32,000 nt of DNA from Stenotrophomonas maltophilia phage vB_SmaM_Ps15: sequence record OL702939.1; one strand, 5' to 3'. Shown here in pieces: positions 7,791-12,454 of this stretch; position 1 is the stretch's first letter; every line of letters starts with the position of its first letter. The notes beneath the pieces were generated by a model. The model saw only the letters and a program-made list of their open reading frames with translations. It did no database searches and was not told where the DNA came from. Made by a program: the position numbers and the translations under genes.

Positions 7791-7907
7791 ATCCCCTGTA
7801 GTGAAAGAAGATTTAGATATGAGGGATCAGGGTTGATAGTGGGCAGTCCACGAAGCCGGTTCAACTCCGGTAGCCCTCTGCAGTAAATAGTTGTACGAGG
7901 CAGACGA

Positions 7908-7984
7908 AGGTCGCTAGCTCAGATGGTTAGAGCATCGGATTTTTAATCCGGCGGTCCTGGGTTCGAGTCCCAGGCGACCTACCA
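7908..7984 (+). tRNA. tRNA-Lys(TTT)
   Basis: Manual cloverleaf: acceptor aggtcgc/gcgacct, loop TTTTTAA, T-arm ctggg-ttcgagt-cccag, A73, encoded CCA. Confidence 0.88.
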
Positions 7985-7987
7985 AAT

Positions 7988-8064
7988 GCCCCGGTAGCTC
8001 AACCGGATAGAGCACCCGCCTTCTAAGCGGGTGGTTAGGGGTTCGATTCCCTTCCGGGGTGCCA
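7988..8064 (+). tRNA. tRNA-Arg(TCT)
   Basis: Acceptor gccccgg/ccggggt, anticodon arm cccgc-CTTCTAA-gcggg, T-loop ttcgatt, encoded CCA. Confidence 0.88.
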
Positions 8065-8065
8065 T

Positions 8066-8140
8066 AGCGCGTTAGCTCAGCGGTAGAGCACTCGACCGAT
8101 AATCGAGTGGTCGTAGGTTCAAATCCTACACGCGCTACCA
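8066..8140 (+). tRNA. tRNA-Ile(GAT), anticodon loop CCGATAA (C at position 33)
   Basis: Acceptor agcgcgt/acgcgct, anticodon arm ctcga-CCGATAA-tcgag, T-arm gtagg-ttcaaat-cctac, A73, CCA. Confidence 0.8.
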
Positions 8141-8160
8141 GTTTTGAAGTGGTCTTAGGT

Positions 8161-8235
8161 GTGTACGTTGTTCGTATTGGTTCGGACGCCTGATTGTGAG
8201 TCAGGAGCATGTGGGTTCAATTCCCATCGTACACC
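8161..8235 (+). tRNA. tRNA-His(GTG), no encoded G-1 and no encoded CCA
   Basis: Acceptor gtgtacg/cgtacac, anticodon arm cctga-TTGTGAG-tcagg, T-arm gtggg-ttcaatt-cccat, C73. Position -1 is T; the 3' flank is cta. Confidence 0.7.
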
Positions 8236-8590
8236 CTAAGCCCATTTTGCCTCACAACTAAGGTTTGGGGTCGGCAGGTGTGAAGTGTCGACTGTCTTCT
8301 TCCAGGAGGACAACCAGATTAGGAGTTGCACGCTGAAGGTGCTGGAACACCAGACGCGTGAGTGGTTCGATTCCACGTGAGGGACCCTATTAGTTTCAGA
8401 TAAAGTTTCCAAGTTTCACCCGATTCTGGCAACGCAGAGAGTAAATACCTACATGAACAACATGTATAGCCAAAATCAGTTTTGCAAGTGGTCCGTAGAA
8501 GATGCGGGACACAGGTCTGTCTTTGAGAGTTGTTGAGGCTTAGTCTCACATCTTAGCGAAGACAGACCCGCCCATAGAGGCGGGTTTTTC
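8236..8590 (+). ncRNA. unassigned non-coding segment: tRNA-like T-arm (8362-8376), GTG-loop hairpin (8270-8292), ends at an intrinsic terminator
   Basis: 355 nt with no convincing ORF. gtgg-ttcgatt-ccac is followed by gtgaggg, which pairs with cctcac at 8250-8255. The terminator lies at 8566-8590. Confidence 0.3.
8566..8590 (+). terminator. rho-independent terminator
   Basis: acccgcc-cataga-ggcgggt followed by TTTTT. Confidence 0.7.
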
Positions 8591-8594
8591 ATAC

Positions 8595-8670
8595 ACGTCG
8601 GTAGCTCAATTGGCAGAGCGGTGGCCTCCAAAGCCACTGGTTGAGGGTTCAAGTCCTTCTCGGCGTGCCA
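8595..8670 (+). tRNA. tRNA-Trp(CCA)
   Basis: Anticodon arm gtggc-CTCCAAA-gccac, T-arm gaggg-ttcaagt-ccttc, G73, CCA. Confidence 0.88.
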
Positions 8671-8678
8671 AGATTCAA

Positions 8679-8753
8679 GGCTGGTTGGTCAGAGAGGTTA
8701 TGCGGATGGTTGCAACCCATCATATGGCGGTTCGAGTCCGTCACCAGCCTCCA
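8679..8753 (+). tRNA. tRNA-Cys(GCA)
   Basis: Perfect acceptor ggctggt/accagcc, anticodon arm gatgg-TTGCAAC-ccatc, U73 (Cys identity), CCA. The D-arm is irregular. Confidence 0.78.
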
Positions 8754-8784
8754 AAAGAATTTCAAAATAGTTGCATCCAAGGGG

Positions 8785-8813
8785 TTGACAACAAGCGGTA
8801 AGCGGTATACAAT
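8785..8813 (+). promoter_or_regulatory. sigma70-like promoter (TTGACA-17-TACAAT) inside the tRNA island
   Basis: ggggTTGACA acaagcggtaagcggta TACAAT; upstream aaaatagttgca motif. Confidence 0.65.
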
Positions 8814-8840
8814 ACAGGGACAAAGACGAAGGAGTTGGTT

Positions 8841-9062
8841 ATGAGCAACAAGCAGCGCATTGACGAGATCCTGGAACAAGCCCTCAGCTTCGCAGATGCT
8901 GAAGAGGTGCCGGATCTGGATCTCATGGATGTGTGGGTTGAGGTGTTGACCGAAGCTGGCGCGAATCGCGCTGCAGGTTTCATCAAGTCCTGGCTGGACA
9001 TCGAGTGGGATTTGAGTCTGGATTCTCTGGACGAGTTCATCGACATCCTCCGGAGTGAGTAA
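8841..9062 (+). CDS. acidic hypothetical protein (73 aa)
   Basis: ATG after AAGGAG; strongly acidic (DEILEQALSFADAEEVPDLDLMD...). Confidence 0.6.
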   Translation: MSNKQRIDEILEQALSFADAEEVPDLDLMDVWVEVLTEAGANRAAGFIKSWLDIEWDLSLDSLDEFIDILRSE

Positions 9063-9167
9063 CACGTGGTGGTGTGGGGTTCCTGGACCTGAAAACCAGG
9101 TGGTGGAGGGTGACCTAAACCGTCACCCCTGAATGACGCGGGCAGGCGCGTAATCCTGCCAAGATTC

Positions 9168-9244
9168 AGGTTGCTAGCTCAACTGGTTAGAGCAATCGCC
9201 TCTTAAGCGATAGGTTCAGGGTTCAAGTCCCTGGCGACCTACCA
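9168..9244 (+). tRNA. tRNA-Lys(CTT)
   Basis: Acceptor aggttgc/gcgacct, anticodon arm atcgc-CTCTTAA-gcgat, T-arm caggg-ttcaagt-ccctg, A73, CCA. Confidence 0.88.
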
Positions 9245-9266
9245 ATTCAAGTGAAGGAGTTGTTGG

Positions 9267-9533
9267 ATGCCGCTGTACAATTACCGTTGCGAAAGTTGCA
9301 ATCACAAAGACAAGATCATGTGTAGCGACTGGAGGGAATACGAGAACTCAGCGTGTCCCGAATGTGGTAAGCCCGAGTTCAGGTATCGACCTTGGGAGAA
9401 GGAGGAAGGAGACAATTCGTGGGGTCTGGTGTCACCGGAACGGCTCGGCAGAAACAAAGCGCCTCGAGACTTCCGAGATTACCTGACCGCAGTGGGTAAG
9501 GTGAACCCTGGTCACAAGATGCGTCTTCACTAA
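9267..9533 (+). CDS. FmdB-type CxxC zinc-ribbon protein
   Basis: MPLYNYRCESCNH...ACPECGKPEF (two CxxC pairs, typical N-terminal Y-x-Y-x-C); AAGGAG SD. Confidence 0.7.
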   Translation: MPLYNYRCESCNHKDKIMCSDWREYENSACPECGKPEFRYRPWEKEEGDNSWGLVSPERLGRNKAPRDFRDYLTAVGKVNPGHKMRLH

Positions 9534-9613
9534 AGTTTGCAACCCGTCAGTCAGCGTGAGACTGGTCCCATTACAGGGACGTCGGCATCGAACCCCGACA
9601 CGGTGAAGTACAT

Positions 9614-9690
9614 TCTGGATTAGCTCAGTTGGTTAGAGCACGCGCCTGTTAAGCGCGGGGTCACTGGTTCAAGTCCAGTATCCAGAGCCA
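9614..9690 (+). tRNA. tRNA-Asn(GTT)
   Basis: Acceptor tctggat/atccaga, anticodon arm cgcgc-CTGTTAA-gcgcg, G73, CCA. Confidence 0.9.
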
Positions 9691-9698
9691 AGTTGTAC

Positions 9699-9774
9699 GG
9701 GCTGTTAGCTCAGATGGGAGAGCGCCTGCCTTGCACGCAGGAGGTCGTCGGTTCGATCCCGACACGGTCCACCA
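9699..9774 (+). tRNA. tRNA-Ala(TGC)
   Basis: Acceptor gggctgt/acggtcc with G3:U70, anticodon arm cctgc-CTTGCAC-gcagg, A73, CCA. Confidence 0.9.
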
Positions 9775-9783
9775 AGTTTCATC

Positions 9784-9859
9784 GGGTTGTTAGCTCAGTT
9801 GGTAGAGCGCCTCTCTTACACGGAGGATGTCCAGGGTTCGAGACCTTGACAACCCACCA
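9784..9859 (+). tRNA. tRNA-Val(TAC)
   Basis: Acceptor gggttgt/acaaccc, anticodon arm cctct-CTTACAC-ggagg, A73, CCA. Confidence 0.9.
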
Positions 9860-9868
9860 AGTTTCAAT

Positions 9869-9994
9869 GTGGGTCATAGCTTAAGGAAAGCGCCTCCTAC
9901 CCGATTGGAGGAGACAGGCAACTAAGATGATCGATCAGCGGCGCCGCAACGTTCATCCGGGTTGTAAGGGTTCGATTCCCCTTGACGCCACCCA
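9869..9994 (+). ncRNA. tRNA-like element with a canonical T-arm and 3' CCA but about 50 nt of extra sequence; anticodon not assignable
   Basis: aaggg-ttcgatt-cccct T-arm, then gacgcca-c-CCA, which pairs (one bulged G) with tgggtc at 9870-9875. Contains hairpin cctcc-tacccgatt-ggagg and a 53-nt insert. Confidence 0.3.
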
Positions 9995-10002
9995 AGTTGT
10001 AT

Positions 10003-10076
10003 TGCGCGATAGTGAAATGGCATCACGCGGGCCTCATAAGCCTGTATTCCGGGTTCGAGTCCCGGTTGCGCAACCA
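10003..10076 (+). tRNA. tRNA-Met(CAT) (elongator Met or Ile2 type; not initiator-like)
   Basis: Acceptor tgcgcga/ttgcgca (1:72 paired), anticodon arm cgggc-CTCATAA-gcctg, A73, CCA. Confidence 0.85.
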
Positions 10077-10083
10077 GAACAAT

Positions 10084-10158
10084 GCACCGTTCCTCTAAAG
10101 GTCAGGAGATCGGGTCTTCACCCCGACAATAGGAGTTCGAGTCTCCTACGGTGTACCA
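10084..10158 (+). tRNA. tRNA-Glu(TTC), anticodon loop TCTTCAC (C at position 33)
   Basis: Same architecture as E. coli tRNA-Glu (D-arm ctc-taaaggtcag-gag). Anticodon arm tcggg-TCTTCAC-cccga, CCA. Confidence 0.75.
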
Positions 10159-10169
10159 AACATAGCAAT

Positions 10170-10253
10170 GCCCGAGTGGTGGAACTGGCAGACACACTGC
10201 ACTCAAAATGCAGCGCCTCAGGCGTGACGGTTCAAATCCGTCCTTGGGTACCA
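10170..10253 (+). tRNA. tRNA-Leu(CAA)
   Basis: Class II: gcccgag tg gtggaactggcagacac; loop CTCAAAA; variable arm cgcctcaggcgt; A73; CCA. Confidence 0.88.
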
Positions 10254-10260
10254 ACAATTA

Positions 10261-10344
10261 GGGTTGTGGCGTGCAGGGCACAAACTGGTCTTGAAAACCA
10301 GGCCATCCGAAAGGTTGAGGGTTCGATTCCTTCACGACCCGCCA
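10261..10344 (+). tRNA. tRNA-Ser(TGA) with an unusually compact D-arm
   Basis: Acceptor gggttgt/acgaccc, anticodon arm ctggt-CTTGAAA-accag, long variable arm, G73, CCA. The D region is only 17 nt. Confidence 0.75.
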
Positions 10345-10400
10345 AACATCATGGAGGTTTTGTGGACATCAGTCGTTTGGAGCATGCAGTACAGCAGCCT

Positions 10401-10625
10401 ATGTGGCGCTTCTTCACTCCGAGGACGAGAACCCGCAAAGACTACCACGAATGGGTGTCAACGATTCATCTCATGCTTGCCCGCGACAATGAGCGCAACG
10501 GCGACATGAAGAGAGCCGCTTGGCATCGAGATAGAGAGAAGAACACGTGGCGCCCTTACCTGTCGTATGAGGCGAGCAAGACAGTCGATGAATTGCTGCA
10601 TGGTTGTCGTTGCAGGTGCCACTAG
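10401..10625 (+). CDS. possible small hypothetical protein (74 aa, C-terminus CRCRCH)
   Basis: The only protein-like frame in the 285-nt gap between tRNAs. Weak SD and several AGA/AGG/CGA codons; the start is uncertain. Confidence 0.3.
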   Translation: MWRFFTPRTRTRKDYHEWVSTIHLMLARDNERNGDMKRAAWHRDREKNTWRPYLSYEASKTVDELLHGCRCRCH

Positions 10626-10630
10626 AATAC

Positions 10631-10717
10631 GTAGTGCCGGTGAAGTTGGAGAGTCACACCAGGCTGTAAACCTGGCGCCTTATGGCTGAGTAGGTTCGAT
10701 TCCTACGCGCTGCACCA
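10631..10717 (+). tRNA. tRNA-Tyr(GTA)
   Basis: Class II: acceptor gtagtgc/gcgctgc, anticodon arm ccagg-CTGTAAA-cctgg, A73, CCA. Confidence 0.88.
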
Positions 10718-10721
10718 ATTC

Positions 10722-10796
10722 GCGTCGATAGCTGAGATGGATTAGCGAGGGGCTGAAAATCCCTAGAGGTTGGTTCGATACCAATTCGATGCACCA
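10722..10796 (+). tRNA. tRNA-Phe(GAA)
   Basis: Acceptor gcgtcga/tcgatgc, anticodon arm agggg-CTGAAAA-tccct, A73, CCA. Confidence 0.88.
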
Positions 10797-10806
10797 AGTT
10801 AGAAGT

Positions 10807-10883
10807 CGGGTTGTAGTTCAGTTGGTTAGAATGCTTGCCTGTCACGCAAGAGGTCACGGGTTCGATCCCCGTCAGCCCGACCA
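10807..10883 (+). tRNA. tRNA-Asp(GTC)
   Basis: tagttcagttggttagaat D-arm, anticodon arm cttgc-CTGTCAC-gcaag, T-arm acggg-ttcgatc-cccgt, CCA. Confidence 0.88.
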
Positions 10884-10892
10884 AATTTTTCC

Positions 10893-10920
10893 TTGACATT
10901 GTGACCAATGCGGTTACAAT
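10893..10920 (+). promoter_or_regulatory. sigma70-like promoter (TTGACA-16-TACAAT) inside the tRNA island
   Basis: ttttccTTGACA ttgtgaccaatgcggt TACAAT, 8 nt before tRNA-Gln. Confidence 0.65.
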
Positions 10921-10928
10921 ACAAATGT

Positions 10929-11004
10929 AGCGGGTTAGCTCAGATGGAAGAGCAGTGGGCTTTGATCCCATTGGTCGGGGGTTCGACTCCCTCACCCGCC
11001 GCCA
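10929..11004 (+). tRNA. tRNA-Gln(TTG)
   Basis: Anticodon arm gtggg-CTTTGAT-cccat, G73 and an unpaired A1/C72 (weak 1:72 fits Gln identity), CCA. Confidence 0.85.
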
Positions 11005-11015
11005 TACATTAGCCT

Positions 11016-11105
11016 GGGTATTTGCGTGAGTCTGGTTTAAACGAGCTCCGTGCTAAGGAGTCAGGTCGAAAGGCCTCGTAGGTTCAAATCCTACAATACC
11101 CGCCA
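11016..11105 (+). tRNA. tRNA-Ser(GCT)
   Basis: Class II: acceptor gggtatt/aataccc, anticodon arm gctcc-GTGCTAA-ggagt, long variable arm, G73, CCA. Confidence 0.88.
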
Positions 11106-11118
11106 ACTTGAGGAGTAG

Positions 11119-11652
11119 ATGATGTTCAGCATTCCCCGCGGATATCGTGTTTGCACTGGTGCCTGGTGGCTCGTCGGCACCTATTCCAACATCACCAACG
11201 GCGCGCTGATCAAGCGGCAGATCATCGTGGACAACGGTGGTGATGACTGGTACCGCAGCACGAATGTCGTCACCCTGGAAGTCGATCATGAAGCCAGCCA
11301 CGCTGCTGGTGAACCGATCCTCCTGGCTTCGACGCAGTCCGGCTCGCGCTACCACTTGCCGCTGAGCAAGATGAAGCAGTCGGATCAGCTGGAACTCATC
11401 CAGAAGCATTCGGCACCGCAGGCAAAGATCTTCGATCAGTACGCTCAGGAATGTCAGGTCAAGCGCCTTATGGGCCTGGACGATGACTTCGATCTGAATG
11501 ATCTGGTCCCGGAACCGAAGCCGCTGACCCGCGACGATCTGCTTCGGCTGGCACGCGAAGTGTCTGCCGAACTGGAGAAGATCAACAAGATGTACCGCGA
11601 CATGTTCCTCAAGGCGGGCATCGACCTGGAAACCATGAAGCGTATCGCGTAA
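11119..11652 (+). CDS. hypothetical protein (177 aa)
   Basis: GAGGAG SD; sits between tRNA-Ser and tRNA-Gly. Confidence 0.65.
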   Translation: MMFSIPRGYRVCTGAWWLVGTYSNITNGALIKRQIIVDNGGDDWYRSTNVVTLEVDHEASHAAGEPILLASTQSGSRYHLPLSKMKQSDQLELIQKHSAPQAKIFDQYAQECQVKRLMGLDDDFDLNDLVPEPKPLTRDDLLRLAREVSAELEKINKMYRDMFLKAGIDLETMKRIA

Positions 11653-11657
11653 CAAAA

Positions 11658-11731
11658 GCGAGAGTAGTTTAACGGTAGAATGTCTGCCTTCCAAGCAGAT
11701 GGTTCGGGTTCGATTCCCGGGTCTCGCTCCA
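11658..11731 (+). tRNA. tRNA-Gly(TCC)
   Basis: Anticodon arm tctgc-CTTCCAA-gcaga, U73 (Gly identity), CCA. There is a G7/G66 mismatch. Confidence 0.82.
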
Positions 11732-11735
11732 ATCA

Positions 11736-11931
11736 GAAAGTGCTGCTCTTTGCGGTAGTCCAGTGTAACCTGGTGATGACGACCTCGACGGAGGTGGGCT
11801 GGGTGGCGTATCGTCCAAAGTGAATCATCGTGCTGCAGACCGGTGAGTAGCGAAGGAACGAGATGCTTAGGATGCGATCCGCGGGAGGCTCGAGTCGGGC
11901 ATAAGTAGCCCTTGCAAAGAGCAGCACTTTC
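11736..11931 (+). ncRNA. candidate structured RNA closed by an 18-bp perfect inverted repeat (11736-11753 / 11914-11931)
   Basis: gaaagtgctgctctttgc ... gcaaagagcagcactttc encloses 160 nt holding several local hairpins. It lies immediately 3' of the last tRNA. No convincing ORF. Confidence 0.35.
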
Positions 11932-11940
11932 CTTTATTAT
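11912..11940 (+). promoter_or_regulatory. sigma70-like promoter (TTGCAA-17-TATTAT) overlapping the right arm of the inverted repeat
   Basis: Hexamers with 17-nt spacing, 31 nt upstream of ATG 11972. Confidence 0.5.
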
Positions 11941-11971
11941 GTAACCACCACAGTGAGGAGAAACCTACATC

Positions 11972-12340
11972 ATGAGTCACAATCCCCAAGCCCCGACTGC
12001 CTTCAGCGCCCCGACCCAGGTCATTGGCGCTGACATCCATGTGATCTTGCCGCCCTACCTGATGCCGCTGAGCGAAGGTCCCGGCTACTACTTCAACGTG
12101 GACGATGAACAGCTGTACAGTCTGAAGTCGGGCAAGCTCCGCAAGATGAAGTATCAGCAGGCGAACTACACCTACAACCGACCGGCTGGCTGGTTCATCA
12201 GCGTGAAGGGTAAGCGTATCCACATCGGTCCCAAGAAGCTGAAGACCCGTGCAACCGCGTTCCGTCTGGAACGTCGTGCCGGCAATGTTCCGCTGCAGCA
12301 GGTCGAGTACGACGTCAACCACAACAAGAAGGTGCGTTAA
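11972..12340 (+). CDS. hypothetical protein (122 aa)
   Basis: GAGGAG SD. Confidence 0.65.
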   Translation: MSHNPQAPTAFSAPTQVIGADIHVILPPYLMPLSEGPGYYFNVDDEQLYSLKSGKLRKMKYQQANYTYNRPAGWFISVKGKRIHIGPKKLKTRATAFRLERRAGNVPLQQVEYDVNHNKKVR

Positions 12341-12341
12341 T

Positions 12342-12440
12342 ATGGGCATCATCAACTACATCCTGTCCAAGTTCGAGCGTCTGTGCGTGTTCGCGGGTTC
12401 GGAAGAATACCGTCGAAAGATGAAGCGATTGGGCTGGTAA
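12342..12440 (+). CDS. small hypothetical protein (32 aa)
   Basis: ATG 1 nt after the upstream TAA; AAGGTG upstream. Manual translation. Confidence 0.35.
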   Translation: MGIINYILSKFERLCVFAGSEEYRRKMKRLGW

Positions 12441-12454
12441 CCAAGGAGAAACGA

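Noticed and set aside
7914-8210. ORFs running through the tRNA genes: 7914..8210 (-), 8610..8801, 9693..9884, 9927..10400 and 10654..10995 (-).
   Set aside because: They are composed almost entirely of tRNA sequence and have no SD. The tRNA cloverleaves explain these regions fully.
8236-8590. tmRNA (one-piece or permuted) hypothesis for the non-coding stretch with a T-arm.
   Set aside because: There is no GGGG 5' acceptor with G3:U70 pairing to the strand after the T-arm, no ACCA end, and no tag-like reading frame ending in hydrophobic residues plus a stop. The ggggtcg...gtcgac resemblance to tmRNA 5' ends has no matching 3' strand.
8793-8807. Direct repeat aagcggta/agcggta and other short repeats as a possible CRISPR or tandem-repeat array.
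   Set aside because: It is a single 7-8 nt duplication inside a promoter spacer. No repeat-spacer periodicity exists anywhere in the window.
9082-9170. tRNA-Sec or another class II tRNA formed by the three hairpins.
   Set aside because: The third hairpin loop (cgcgtaat) is not a T-loop, no acceptor stem can be formed, the first loop has 9 nt, and there is no CCA.
11733-11927. A 64-aa minus-strand ORF, or a retron msr/msd, inside the repeat-bounded element.
   Set aside because: The ORF starts (GTG) and stops inside the two arms of the inverted repeat, so it is a symmetry artefact. It has no usable SD and would be the only minus-strand gene in 29 kb. No reverse transcriptase (YxDD) gene is adjacent, so a retron is unsupported.
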